Assembly (NCBI GenBank): GCA_039545335.1
Contig: BCIN01000001.1
Location: 124,001 to 188,000, forward strand
DNA: 64,000 bases
Source of the DNA: Kondoa subrosea
Taxonomy: Eukaryota
Reading direction: 5' to 3'
Position numbers and translations under genes: made by a program. The notes beneath the pieces are model-generated. The model was not told where the DNA came from and ran no database searches. It was given only the letters and a program-made list of their open reading frames with translations. Of the stretch, positions 15,535 through 29,752 are shown in pieces (positions within the stretch are counted from its first letter, which is position 1; every line of letters starts with the position of its first letter).

Positions 15535-18478
15535 TCATATGAAATCACTAGCTTTCGCTCTTCCAACTTTCGCAGACTTCGCAAGAGGTTGAACTTCCTT
15601 TTCGACCCATTCATCCTCTTCCACAACCTCCTCTTTCTTTCGCTTCTTCTCTCTTTCAGTACCTTCGTCTTTAGTTGATTTCTTTCTCTTCTCCTTCGAG
15701 ATCAAAGCAGGCGCCTGGTCGTCTTCATCTTCTTCCATGGCGAAAGAAAGAGCAGCAGAAGTCTTCTTTTTCTTTTTATCCTTCTTCTTCTTCTCTGGTA
15801 CAGCTGTAGATGCGATCCGATCGGATTTAGGTACGAAAGTAGGTTTGAAGTCAGAGAAAGAAATAGGTTCAAGAGGATTAGAAGGTGGAACAAGTGCAGG
15901 AGGTGGAATGGGTTTGAGGACATCTTCTGCGACTTGTTGAGCAGAAGCAGCAGGTTTTCGTACCGGTTTATTCTCTTCGTCTTCCGACTCAGATTCGGAT
16001 TCTGCAAAAATAGCTTTGAACAGATCCATAGGCGGTCTTTCGTAAGTAAGGGTTTCTTTGCCTTGAGATTCGTCTTCCCCAAGTCCGACCACACCGGAAG
16101 AAGTCCTAGCTGCACCATTGCTTGTATTGGCAGCCGTTTCAGTAGTTGTAGAAAGATCATAAGGTTGAGGTATAGGTATTCCACCTTCTTGTCTCAAATC
16201 ATCCATCTTCTGCTTATTGAGCAGCTCTTTCTCTACAGGTTCTTCATCTTCTTCAGCTGGACCATCAGGGTGTGGATCAGGTACGTTGAACCTCTTGCAA
16301 AGTAGTTTGACAGGATAAAAGTTCTCTTTCCTTCTTGTCAAGATACCAAATTGTCCAGTTCTTACAGCAACAATAGCAGGAGTCAAATTTTCTTCTTCTT
16401 TCACTTTCTCCTCGACAGGAACAGCTGGTTTCTCTTCTTCCATTTCAACCATTCTTAATCCAGGTTGTGGTACTTTCATATCCATAGCCGTGTTTGTACT
16501 GGAAGAACTAACGAATCTTCCAGCCATGGCAAAAGACATTGGTTTAAACACTTTGGCACTTTTACTGAAATCTTCCAATTCTTTGTTCAGTTCGCCTAAT
16601 CGACCTGGTTCGCATTTCGGTGCAAAGACTTCTCCCTTTTCTGTAGATAATTCACCAGATTGTGAGCGAAGATAGAATTTGTATCGTTCTTGTTTAGCTG
16701 GATCATCTCCGAAGGGCATAAACCCTTTTAGAGCTGCTAGAGCTGTAGCCTTTTCCAAGACTGGTACTGTGAGTGTGACTGATTCTTTTGTAGCAGGTGC
16801 AGAAGGTATAGAAGTAGTAGAAGAGGAAGAGGAAGCAGATGGTTTTGAAGTAAGTTGAGCGATTCGTTCTTTATTTTTGGCGGAGATGAAATCGAAGACC
16901 GATCTCGGTGGGGCTTTGATTGGTTGTTCGCCAAGAAGAGTACCGCGCTGTAAGTAAAGAACAGGTCATTAGCAGACATACACTGCAAACGAGCTCTTCC
17001 ACCTACATCATCGGCACTCAGCACAGGTCTACCTCGAGCATCTACTGGAGGCGGAGGGCGACCAGTAGGACCTTGAGTTACAGGAGCTGCATCTTCGGCT
17101 AGTGATTTGTTCGTTTGATCAAACACTCGTTTCGGGTTTGGTTGCCAATCTCGAGGCATATCTGGAGGTTCATACCTATTCGAGAACACCCTTCTAAGTA
17201 TGAATTATACTTAGAAAGCTCCCGTACGAACCATATATCCGGCTGAACAGCTATTGCAGATATCGAGAAACCAGGTAAAGCAGGCGTTCCATCATGATAC
17301 GTTTCTCCAAAAGCAGAAGAGCGAAGAGTCTATGGGAAGAAGAGAGATCCTATCAGCCAGCTATATGATGGAATCACATCATGTACCTACCTTTGCAGAT
17401 TCTCTCGCTTGAGGTTTTGTAGGACCTCGTCGACTAATCTCATATGGATTCGGCATATCACCATCATCATCTAAATCCATGATTCTCTGACCATTCCCAC
17501 GCAAAGTTGTATCATAGACTGAATAATCATCTTCATCCGCATCTTCCAGTGCTCCAATACCGAACGCGCCACCTAGGGGAGTCGAAGAAGTGCCTTCTTG
17601 TACATGACCGGGTTTGACCTTGCCTTTGCCTTTGGTATCTGAAGTCGATCCAATGCTGTGTACAAGAGTGGCACCAGGTTGATAGCCCAGACCCCAAGCA
17701 TTTGTTTTCTCGGAGTATAGAGCAAGAGGTCTATCAAGGGGAGCGAAGAGATGTTTCTGAGCTTCATCATCTTCTTCTTCCTGTTGATCGATTCTGACAC
17801 CTAGTTCTTGAGCTTGCCTTTTCCTCGCTTTAGCTGTTACTCTAGGTCCAACACCTTGACCTTCTCTCCAACCCATTTTCCTCAATAGCTTCTCCCCAAT
17901 CTTGTTACTCCCAGGTTGAATTATATTAGCTAACCAGTTTTCTTCTCCTCCAGCTTTAGCAGCTAGTTCAGCTTGAGTACCACCAAGAATATCAAACTCT
18001 TTGTTAACGGCTACTTTCTGATTTGCTCGAATAGAATCCAAATCTTCCTCATCCATGAAATCTTCGGCGGTTTGTTTAGCTTGGGCTCGATTAGATCGAG
18101 AAGAAGTGAACTGAGTTGGTGCCCATCCTTCTTTTGTTCCTACTGTATTGAAGTAGCCTGTAGCGTATTCAAGTGAGACTGTAACTCAAAGTTGTGGACA
18201 GAATGAAGAAGATATACCTGCTGAGAACCCGCCTGTGAAAGCACCATGAAAGCGTCGACGGCCTTTCTCATCCGTGACTGTTTGTTCCCAGACCTGATGA
18301 AAGCCAAAATCAGCTGCATAGTCGCTGAATAGACAAGCGAGCATACAGGAACATATTCATTGGCGTCTTTCTTGGCTGCTAATGAAGGTAGAGGTGTGCC
18401 GAAAGTGACAAAAGATTCGAGCAGATCAGGCGTATCATCCTTTGAATTCTCTAGCTTGCGTTTCAAGCGAGAAGTCAT
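15535..18478 (-). CDS. G-patch domain protein, GPATCH1-like
   Basis: [30 protein letters not shown] and G-patch [44 protein letters not shown]. Confidence 0.9.
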
Positions 18479-19186
18479 AATGTCCAACAAGAGCTATCTA
18501 CTGTAATTTGAAGGGTTTACTTTCTGATTTGCTTAGTGCCGATCTACAGAGAGCTCTGACGTAAAGATGCACAGTTGACAGGCTTCGTAAAGGCTTGCAG
18601 AGGTGAGATTGGACAGGGTTGATCTAAACGTCGAAGCTTGATGTGTCCTCCTGCTGTTCCGGCAACTTGCGTTGCTGGTATCTGCAGCAATGCGTGTATC
18701 TCGGCCTGTGGTATCTAAGCAGTCTGATATATGTGACGGTGTTGAGACAACCCAGTGCAGTTTCACTTCCTCCGCTCTTGTCACAAACAAGCATGCGCAA
18801 CAGGTATTATCTGCTGTATTTTCCCTGCTGTACGATGTCTGGACCAACTGTTTGCAGCTCTGTCGCCTTAGCCGTCTCGTGACGCATACTTTGTTCAACT
18901 TTCGGCTCATCTCCTCTGGAATGGATTTCAATTGCTCTGAATATCACATCCAGGCTGTAGCAGCATCTGCATCAGATCATGCTGACTGATCGCTTACCTA
19001 GTCGGGCGCTTCGAATATATCGGTCGGTTTCTTGTACGCGGCCGTACTTGACCGTCAGCCAGTCCAATCGTAATTCTGGCAGCTCTCTCTCTCTTCTTCT
19101 ACACTCCAACTCTCTCTCTCTCCCTCTCTCGTACTTGATCTTCATCTCTTCCGTAGCACATTCCCATTTTGCTGTGCACCCCTGAA

Positions 19187-21058
19187 ATGGCAACCATACA
19201 TCAACCAACTGCGACATATTCCCCTCCCCTATCAATCACTTCTTCACACGGACCGTTGGTTCAAGGTGGTCATATCCAGGAGAAACCTTTCATGTCGTCC
19301 GAGCATCATCCCTCAACTTATTCGGAATCTTTCTTTTCGCCAGCAGTAGCAGAAGCAAGGAAGAAATACGTACGTATTTACAATCGTGGTGATCAATACC
19401 AGACTGATTTAGTTCGTATCATTAGTTCAAGGCTATGATCGGTGTTACAGTCATCACTAGCATAGTCTTGCTATGCGTTCTCCCAATCTGTAAGCGATTA
19501 TTGATACAAGTGCTTCGGTGCTTATTCATGCTCCTGGCTGTTCAGATTGGGGAGCTCTGTGGCGCACTAAAGAATTGTCTTCTGGCTTGCATGCCTGGGT
19601 TGTCGACTTGGACGGCAGTTTCATTGGCGAGGATATAAAGAATTCATTTCTATCAGTTTCTGGTCAGGTAAGTCGTACTTGCAGCCGCTCAAAAGACTCT
19701 TTGACTGACGTTGCGACTAGACCGGACAATTGACTTGGCTACCTAAGACTTCAAGCGACTTTCCTGGCGGTCTAGAGGAAATCGCCAACAAGATTATAGA
19801 CAACAAGGCTTGGGCTGCTATTGTCGTTAACGAAGGAGCATCTGCCCGTTTGCAAGCTGCTCAAGTTTCAGTCGATGCATCTTACGTCAATACCGATGCG
19901 ATTTCTATTTTCACAAATCCTGCGAGAAACGAACAAGCTTATGGGAGCTTCATCGTCGGCGCGGTATGTTATATCTTGACATCATTCTAGTTGTACTGAC
20001 GATAAGAACGGCAGATCTCTCGAGTCTTACCTGCTGCTTGTCAACGGATCGCTCAAGCTCAGGCATCTACTTTGAGTAATGCTGCAGCATTAGCTACCAA
20101 TGCTCCTCAAGTACTCACAGCACCAGTGTGGTATCGAGAGACTCAACTTCGTCCATTTGTACGCCTTTCTCCGTGGTTTTTAGCCTTGCGACTGATCTTC
20201 CCCCTTGCAGGATGTACCAGTCGCGACAGCAGTCACTTTCGTCGGATTAATATACTTGCTCATCCTCTCTTTCATCATCGTAATGGCTGGCAACGGCGTC
20301 CGGACAGAAATCGGTTTGGAGACGAGACTTGTGCTCAAACATCTTATACTTCTTCGCCTACTCACCGCTTTTGTTCTATACTTCTTCCTCTCCCTGTTCT
20401 TCGCACTGGTGTCTAAAGCTTTCCAAGTTCCTTTCAATCGGTATTTTGGCGATACCGGGTTTCTGATCTGTCAGTATGTCAGCTATATATCAAGCAGAGT
20501 CCCTGACACACAATCTAGATTGGATGTTATGCTATGTTGGAATGCTAGCGCTCGGATTAGCACTTGAAGCGATGATCACCATTTTGACGAGTCGCTTCGT
20601 CGTAAGTTTTATATACGTCGGCCTTAATACTCGATCTAATATGAATTGGTTGACAGACCTTTTTCTTGATGCTGTTCATCATCACCAACGTATCAGTGGC
20701 ACTCACACCGCTCGAAGTGGAAAATGTAGTCTTCCAATATGGCAAAGCTATGCCTTTCTGTCAGTAGCTCAATTCCATTTGGTTTGTACGCCTTTAACGG
20801 ATTGGTACAAAACAGACAACCTTAGTGAAGCTGTTCGAGCAATCATCTTCGGCACAAAGAACACGCTGGGCTTGAATTTTGGCGTTTTAGTAAGTCAATC
20901 ATACTATCATATTATCTCCTTATTGACTTGAACTCTCGCACTAGATCGCATGGGTTGCTCTATCGTGTTGCACAATACCACTCTTTACTTGGCTCGTAAC
21001 ACGAAAAGATCGGAAAGCAGAGCAAAGCAAACGAGATGTGTACTCATCGAAGGCATAG
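19187..21058 (+). CDS. SNG1-like (DUF3533) multi-pass membrane protein
   Basis: WGALW..., VVDLDG, KAWAAIVVN.GAS, NPARNE, VGLIYLLILSF and C-terminal TM helices. Confidence 0.8.
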
Positions 21059-21159
21059 ATATTTATTGATAACACTACGCGTATAACTCGTTAGTATGTA
21101 AATGAACTTTTTGACCCTATTAATACTCGATAACCCGGAACATGTGTAGTATTGAAAGT

Positions 21160-22664
21160 CTACCCCAGAGCTGCTTTCTCTTGAGTATCTGAAGCTTTTG
21201 ATTTCTGTACTGGTTGCGGAAGAGGAAGATCGCCTGATGATGCATAGCCATCGTGGAAGACGAAGAGTGATACCAGGCAGAGACCGACAACCACTTCATT
21301 GATGAGAAATCCATCTGCGTTCGAAATATGAGCGACAGCCAGAGTGCAGTATCACGGGTGGCTTACAAATATCAGTGAAGGTGCCAAAGGCTGGCACATC
21401 TGGCATAGTGTTTCGGAGCGCTGGTAGAGCGAAGAGGATAGAAGCGGCCATAGACTATAATCTGATAGTCAGTCAAAGTCGTACTCTACGTTGAGCAACT
21501 TACAGCGAGCGGTGACCAAAGGGATTGACCGAGAACGAGAGAGTTAACGGTCATGTACAGCACAGATAGTGATAGTAACCACCTGTTTTTTAGATTTAGG
21601 ACTGCAATCGTTCGAATAGATCCAGACTCACATGAGAGCGATAATAATGATGCAGAATGCTTGCACAACGGAGCTTCTCTTGATCTTGATTTGAAGCACG
21701 ATTCCATCAGCTTCGAACGAAGGTCCTACATAAGGTGCTGGGATGTTAGTGTAGTCGATGTTCCAGCCTAATCAATACATTAGACGTGGACATCAAATAA
21801 ATTGAAGGAACCGTACCTTGAGGTGTACTTGCTATCACAGCACGAATGAGAGTAACCGAGCTGTTGTCGACCACTGAATGAAGCGCGAGAGAAGTATTGA
21901 CGCTGTAGTGACTGTTCACGAAGATTAAGCTGGGTGCCGAGCACATCAATGGTACACTGACTCGTATGGGTACGTAATGGAATTGGCTGAGCTCAGTTTA
22001 TCACGAGCGGAACTTGTTCTATGGTATGTTGAGAAGCTTTGCTGGACGAAGTACTGTAAGCCGATGATCAGTAAATACTCAATGAACGAAGCTCGCAGCC
22101 TACACTTTCATGTGATGCAACGAAGTCACCAACTCGATCTTGCATACCGTCCGAGAACACAGACAGGTCTCTATTCAATGGACCTCCATTTGGACTATCC
22201 GAGTCGGTATACGAGCCGCTGCAAAAGGTGTCAGCGCGGTTGTTCATCGGGGTTGTTCTGACGTACTAGCCAACGTAGAACCAATCACATCGCACGTTGC
22301 GCTTGTAAACATCGCTGAACGGATCACTAGTCAGCACTACAGGAGAAGAAAAACATTTCAGGCGAACTCACATGTCTGAAATTGAACCTATCAGAACGAC
22401 TCCCGAGGTCGCTTGTCCGTTTGATTGAAGATCTCGAACGCTCTTCGTTCGCTCTCGTTGATAGCTGAAAGTACCTGTCAATGTTCCGACCAAGAGAACA
22501 ATGATACAAAACGAATAAGCCAAGAGCTTTTTGCCTCCTAGACCCAATCTGCGGCCGAAGCTCCTTCTATGTTGACCTCGTAGGGGACCGCTGGGCAGAA
22601 CAAGCTCTTCTGACGAGGTGGTAGATGATTTTCTAAAGAACAACGAGAACGGTGACGAAACCAT
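21160..22664 (-). CDS. DUF4436-like membrane protein (multi-exon)
   Basis: N-terminal TM, beta-like ectodomain containing YPYD, then IKRSSVVQAFCIIIIALMWLLSL and ILFALPALRNTMPDVPAFGTFTDIYGFLIN. Motif recognised from memory. Confidence 0.7.
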
Positions 22665-23203
22665 GATGGATCTTCCAGAGCGAATTTTGAGTATTCCTCA
22701 AGCTGGTTTTGTTGCGTATAGCTCAGAGCTTCTGAAACAGAAGAAGATGAAAGCCTTTTGTTCAGACATCAAGGCGAATGTTCAAACATCTATCGTAGAC
22801 AGATTGTAAAGCAGACTACTCTGAGCTCGATTGTTGATTATGGATATCAGACAAAGTATAGATAAGGGAAGACTGAAACGTATAGAGCCTAGAAGGATCA
22901 GAACGTATATGTAACGCTCGAAAGTTCGCGTTGAAAGTGAGGACGAGAGAAGAGAAAGCTGAACACGGTGATACGTGCTACTGCTGATCACGAGAAGGCT
23001 TAGCATACAGCTTCGAAGAGATTGTGATTTGCTGAAGATGCAAGTTACCAGTCAACGCGAGTGGATCCGGATTTAGTGACAATAACAATGGCAAAAAGAT
23101 GGACGTGACCATCACAATCTATCGACACTACATAGCTATGATTACACTCGTGCTTCCCATCTGAAAGAATCTTCGCATCTGCTGACGATGTCTTCCTAGC
23201 ATG

Positions 23204-25506
23204 TCAATTCGCCAGTGCCATCACAGGCAGACCCGCTGCAACAGGCACGACTTCTCTTTCTTGTCCTGCTTCTGGTGCTTCTGCATTAGTCGGCGTCCCT
23301 TTCCGCATACAGGAAGTGACATGATAATGATTCTTGGCTTGAGAATGTCTGTTCTGAAAAGCAGCTCCAACCAAGACTTCAGCGACTTCTGCTTCCTTCT
23401 TCAATTCTTCATCACTCTTGACGACATTCAGAGCTGACAAACCATGTGAAGCATTTGAACTGTTTGATGAACCTGAAGACATGCGTTGTCGTTTCGCCCG
23501 AGGTGATGACATGAGTTCCGTTAATGTTAGACGAGCACCGGGCGATCGTGTACTGGTACTTGAATGTTCTGCTCCTTCTACCTCCTCTGCGTCGAAATCG
23601 AAGGCAACAGGCGAAGGAGGATCAGAAGATTGAGTATTGGCATTAGATTCAATTAAGACCTCTCGACTTCGCTTATTTCCACTGCTGGAAAGTTTATTCG
23701 AGCTTGCGTTATCTTTCTGAGTCGCATCAGGCGGAGTAGATCGGAGAGCCAGCAATGTTTGTGCTAGTTCATCAGTACCAGGCGAAAAAGCTGCGACGGG
23801 CTCAGCAGCCGTCGATACTCGATGTGATGGTCCTGCTGGTCGTGGTGCAGCGACATTGCTTGTGCTTGGCCGAGGAGCGTAAGCCGGTAGGAGTCTTGCT
23901 GGATTCTGAGGCTGATGAGTTGTGTTTGAAGGCACATAATTGACAGGTCGGAACTTGTTGTAATTCGCTCGACCTTGATTTTGATGCTGAGCAGAAGTGC
24001 TTGATCTGGATTGTAGGTGTGTCGAATTCGGTAAAGGGTTGAGTTTCACTTCTTGTCGAAAGGGAACGACATTGCTCGAAGGAGGTGGCCTATGAAGTGG
24101 AAGACCAAAGTCCAAGCCAACTTGTCGAACAGGAAGTGTAGCATGGTTGAACTGTAGATTTGGATTCTGCGCCGGTTTTTCTCCTTGAAGTCTTGCTTGG
24201 GCGGCTTTGTGCATGTCTGCTTGTTGTTTCAGAATCAATGCATCGAAGGCTTGCTGTTTCGCATCAACTGGCTTGCTGATTTTAGGCTGAATATTGGCTG
24301 CGACTTTGGGTTGAAAGAAAGTTGGCGGTCGGGCTACAACTTGAGCAGGTGCATTTCTTATATGGAAGCTAAGAGGACCTTGTTTCGTAATGAAAGGGTT
24401 CTGCTTGAACATGGCAGAAATGTTGCCAGGAGGTAAGGTTCGCAGAACAGGAATCCAACCAGGTCCTGTCGACTCTCGTTGAGCATATATATTCTGGCCT
24501 CAGAGCTCTATCTCACCTTCTTGTTTCCGGAGTTCTGAAACTTCCCCTAATTCACAATCCCAGACAACCATGCTATCATGTTGATCAGCTGGTCCAACGC
24601 TGACATTGTAACGCCAAAAAGCCAAGACACCTCCGACTAGATGGCCTTCAGGATCATGACTATCTATGCCTACACCGACACATGAGTCCATAATCAGATA
24701 GAGCGAATGAGGGAAGACTAACTATCAACCCTTACTGACCAAAGCTTCCTCCCGTTCTTCTGTTCAGCCCAATCACCAGTCTTCTCTATAGCAGGTCTAC
24801 AACTGATATAATCTCCAGCCTAGATTCAACAGAGTCAATCAGTCAAGCTGTCCCATCGCTATCTCAAAAAAGCAAAAACGAAAATGCTCACTTTGTATTC
24901 GGGTTTCGTGCGCCAGAATCGCCAAATGAACAGATGTAGCATTTCCGATGACTGATGACATCTCTATATCAGTAATCTCTACCGCAAACATGACCGAATG
25001 CTTACTGGATGAGATTTTCTTGCTCGATCACCAATGTTACTTCGAGCATCTGGACCAGCCAAACCGGTAGCTGTGATATGAGAAAGCATGAAAGTTTCGT
25101 CGTCTACTGGTTTGCGTACGACAGGGGGTGGCTCTGGCCTTGATATAGACGAGGAGGAGGAGGAAGAGCCTAAACAGGGTTGTTGAATTGGCTTCGGGTT
25201 TAATTCGGGTCGTGATTGATTTGAAGAAGTAGAAGCAGAAGCTTGGCTTGAGGTAGAAGGTGTAGGTCTGGTTTGATGAATGGGATGAGTTTGAATGACT
25301 TTAGGTTGATGAAGGCCTTCAACCCGACTTCTGGTAACAGGATCTGCAGAGTGATTACTATTGGTATTATTGGAAGAAGGATCGTTATTGCTAGGTCGCA
25401 TAGCCGCCAGGATTCTATCCCGTCGAACTTGCTTCTCCACAGCTTCTAGATTGGCAGCCGCTTGTTGTAGAAAAGGCGTAACGAGAAGGTGATTCTTTGT
25501 CGTCAT
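23204..25506 (-). CDS. hypothetical, largely disordered protein (multi-exon)
   Basis: Long ORFs at 24979-25506 and 23204-24412 joined by short exons with GT-AG introns. No domain recognised. Confidence 0.6.
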
Positions 25507-26103
25507 GGTAAGAAGGAGAAAGAGACGTCCAGCGTTCTTATTTAGGCGTAGTCTTCTGTGTCCAAAGGGAAAAAGAGTGTTCAGAAGTATTCCTCGAATT
25601 TGTACGCTTTCTGATGCGATGGAATGAAAGGGAGCAGTGCTAGGGAATAAGCGCTTGTTTACGTGATTTGCCCAGTCCGGTGATCAGGAATGCAGTGTCG
25701 CAGTTCAGAGATAAGCTTAGATTGCTGTACAGTAACTTGTGTAGATGTTATCACAAAAAGAATGGAAGAATAACCCTGAAGAAGTCGAAAGATTCAAAGA
25801 ATGAAAGGAGCAAAAGCAAGGAGCCACTGTATTTGAGGCTTGAGACAGAGGAACAGGAGCTATGCATGACCGAATCCAAGCAGTCGAGTCCGAAAGGTAT
25901 TTTATGCGCGGCAGGCAGGAATTCGCCCATTCCAGCTGGGAAAGGGGCAGCGTTTGCAAGGCTTCATGACGTGATTGATCGTATATACAGCGCTTGCAAG
26001 AGCTGATTAGAAGTCATGGCTACGGAACAAGGCAGCCAACTTAGAATCTTCAAAATGCATAGGCTTGTCCAAAGCACACCAAAGTCATGGTAGCAAGACC
26101 GAT

Positions 26104-28608
26104 ATGACGACGGCAGCTTCAGCTACTGGCACTTCAACCAGCACAGAGAGCTCAGCTGGCCTTGATCTCTCTATCTTGACATCTCTCACAAGAACCTTTC
26201 TCGAGGATGTGCTCAGTCGCGTATGTCTTGACACTGCTGTCAACGCCAGAATCTATCTCACGGATCGAGTATAGATCGTTGGGCCGAAGACCCTGGTCAT
26301 AGACCCTTCTCTGGCTGGGCCGCTTGGATTGGTGACGGAAGTCTCAACACTCAAGGCAAGTAGATGAGGCTCTCCTGCTTGTAAGATCAGTCTGACGGAA
26401 GTATTAGTCTCATGGAGTGGATCGAATGTTCTACCTCGAGCCTGGAGCTCTGTCCCAAGCTCAGCGGAATATCGTCTATCTATGCTCGCCGAAGATTAGC
26501 TTGATGAAGATCATAGCAGGTCAGTGGGGTTCACTGCTGCTCTTCTTCCTATCCCTCTGGACACATATTAGCCCTTGCATCACCTGTCTTTTGACTCTTC
26601 ATATGATGCATGCGGTCAGTCGTTAGTCCTAGATCCATCTTGCTCTTTATGTATATGTCTCGGCATCTTGCTTTTGTTTCTTAGACAATACCTTTCTACA
26701 TTATGCCATTTATTACTGCTAGCAGACAACTTATTGTTTTTGCGCAAAACAGAACAGGTCAAATTATCTGATTCAAATCGGCATTCGCATACTATATTAT
26801 TAGCTCCAAGAGTCACTTCCCTATGTATTTCAGCACTTGAAGATGCTGGAGTGTACGGTTCTGTGGAAGTACAAGCTTTCCCTTTGGAATTGCTAAGCTT
26901 AGAACGGGATGTGCTTTCACTTGAGATTGAGAACAGCTACAAATCGATCTTTCTTGTAAGTACATTGTCATTCAACTACTATCACAGCTAAACTGAGTGT
27001 AGGACGAAGATTTCAGCTCGGTCTTCGAAATGGGCAAAGCCTTACTTACATTCCAACAAGTATATGGCCTAATACCGCATATTGCCGGGAAAGGCAACGC
27101 AGCTCAGGTTTTCTTTTACCCTGGCACGAACGCATTTCTGAGCTAAAACACTTGCTAGAGGCTCGTGGATATCCTTACTAGACTTCGAGAAGAACTACCT
27201 TCCTCTTCTGCTCTTACTCCCGGAGCAGTCGATTCCCTCATCATCATAGATCGACAAGTAGATCCAGTTACACCACTTTGTACTCAGTTAACCTACGAAG
27301 GCTTGGTGGATGAACTAGTTGGTATTCGAAACGCTCATGTGGAAGTCGATCCAGTTTTAGTCAACCCACCTCCTAATGGTATGCCATCGCCATCGACAGC
27401 ACTCACATCAATACCTACTCAAGCCAAGAGAAAGAAACTACTTTTATCCTCTGCTGCTGATCCTTTGTTTGGGGAATTGAGGGATAAGAACTTCGCGGTG
27501 GTTGGATCAGTCTTGAATAGGGTTGCGAAGAGAATCAATTCGGATTATGAGGGCATTCAACAAGCTCAGACTATTACTCAGATCAAAGGTTTTGTTGGTA
27601 GATTAGGTGGTTTGCAAGCGGAACATCAATCTCTGCGGTTACGTGAGTCTGCATGAACTAGTTGTATTGTTTTGGCTAATTATAGCATGCTTGATCCATA
27701 GACACTGGCTTGACAGAGGAGATCATGAAGACTACAATGACGGATGAGTTCAACCGGGCTCTTGAGATCCAGCAAAGTTTGTTCGACGCAAACAAATAGC
27801 TCTCATTAGCTGACTGTCGATCATAGACATCATCGCTGGTCTAGATTTAGCAACTCAAGAAAATGGAATCCGAGATTTACTGAATCAAGAATCCGACCCA
27901 ACTACTATCATCCGACTATTATCTCTCTACTCTCTTATTTCCGGTGGTCTCAAACTTAAAATCCTTGAAGAGTTCCAACGCGAATTTTTACAAACTTATG
28001 GTTATTCTCATTTACCTCAACTTATCGCTTTAGGTCAACTAGGACTCTTGACTAAACCTTTATCGTCATCTTCATCATCATCTTCTGGGAAAAGTTCTTT
28101 TGTTCAAAGTAGGAAACCATTAAGGTTGGTAGTGGATGAAGTGGATGAACAAGCGCCGGACGATATTGCTTATGTATATTCGGGGTATGCTCCTTTAAGT
28201 GTGAGGTTGGTTCAAGGAGCGTTAGGAAGGAATGGAGCTTTCTTGGGTTGGAAATCGATTGAAGAAGCTTTGAAAGTCTTGCCTGGTAAGACAGTGGAAG
28301 TAAAGCAGGTGATAGATGAGGAAAACAAAGGTAGTGGTGAGTCTCGAATGTTGGATCGGTGATCTATTAGCTTAAAAACTTCGGACAGCCGGACTACGAG
28401 ATCAAGCACCTGTGACGGTAGTTTGCTTTTTGGGCGGATGCACTTATACGGAAATCTCAGCATTGCGCTTCGTCAGCAATCAGGGCAAAGGTATGCTCTC
28501 TTCATTTTTTCACGATCAGGCGCTCAATGGTATATAGGTGGACGAAAGATAATGGTTTGCACAACGGGAATTATCAATGGTGGCAGCATGGTCAAAAGCT
28601 TGTTGTAA
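26104..28608 (+). CDS. VPS33: Sec1/Munc18 family vacuolar sorting protein Vps33
   Basis: GPKTLVIDPSLAGPLGLVTEVSTLK, IIDRQVDPVTPLCTQLTYEGLVDE, DIAYVYSGYAPLSVRLVQ, FLGGCTYTEISALRF. Confidence 0.95.
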
Positions 28609-28885
28609 ATGCATATGCAATGTATATTAGATTTCGGGTCAGATTGACATAGATCACATAGACCATAGATGTGACAAAGGCGTAGAGAGCGGAACAATGG
28701 AAGAGTAGCGAAAGCGGAAGGATAGGGATAAGCCTATCTGGAATTGAGAAAAGCTTACCTTCTTCGAACAAGAAATCGAACTGGACAAGTGTTAATATCG
28801 TATGATAAGCAGCAGCAATTCAACGTACATAGGTCGGGCTTGATCATAATCTCCATTGCAAATATAGGATACGAAACAGTACAAA

Positions 28886-29752
28886 TTAACGTCTGATATC
28901 TGTGGTCACAAAGAACTCCATCAGTAAACATCATACTGATGCCCTAACCATGACTCACAAGCTGAAGGACCCAGTCCTTTGTAATTCGCAGCGGAACCCA
29001 AACCTTTACCAGATTTCTGCACGCCGCTTTTTGCTCGCTTCTTGGCCTCTTCTTCAAGTTTGCGTGCTTTCTTCTCACCAATCTCAACAGCTCTAACTTC
29101 TGTTGTAGCTTTCTTGATTGTTATTGGACGAGAACCGACGTATTTACCTATAAGCGAATTCAAGGGAGTTAGCTACATTTGCAGCAATCCCAATCGATTC
29201 TCTCACCATCCATAGCTTTCCAAGCCTTCATATAATCTTCGGCATCAGAATAAGCAACGAAACCAAAACCCTTTGTTTTAGTTGTATTGTGATCTCGAAT
29301 GACTTTAGCTTTGACGAAAGAGTTGACTCCAATAGCGCTTCCGTTACCAAAACAAGCTTCCAAATCATCGTCGTTGACATCGTTACCCAGATTGCCTATG
29401 AAGAGTCGGAAATGTTTGGGATCCCATTCCAGTAGAGTCTGATCTTCCCATACGTGGCCAGCTCCTTTACGTAGGACAGTACGTCTGTCCGTGGTCGCAG
29501 CCTACTTAGCTATTATTCAGCTAGAAGGTTTACTTAATACGAACCTTGCTTTGCCTCTTTGAGCTAGGGAAGGCATTCCAGAGTGTCCATTGCTACCAGA
29601 AGCTACAGGTTGAGGGTTGTACTGTATGGTGCCCACACCAGATAAACCTCTATACAGACTTAAAGGGTAGAATGGGAAACACATACGATTGAGGCTTGTT
29701 GGGCCAAATCTGCCATGAAAGTCTCATCGTTGACTTCTCCTCTTCTAGCCAT
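28886..29752 (-). CDS. RBM42: RRM protein, RBM42-like
   Basis: RKGAGHVWEDQTLLEWDPKHFRLFIGNLGNDVND; KTKGFGFVAY; MDGKYVGSRPI. Confidence 0.9.

Noticed and set aside
18533..19185. Several overlapping 70-130-aa ORFs and a (CT)n tract between the G-patch and SNG1-like genes
   Set aside because: Composition is not protein-like; consistent with a divergent promoter and pyrimidine-rich 5' UTR.
28620..28880. Possible 3'-UTR intron in RBM42 (GTAAGC donor near 28758)
   Set aside because: The nearest acceptor gives only ~21 nt and there is no other support.
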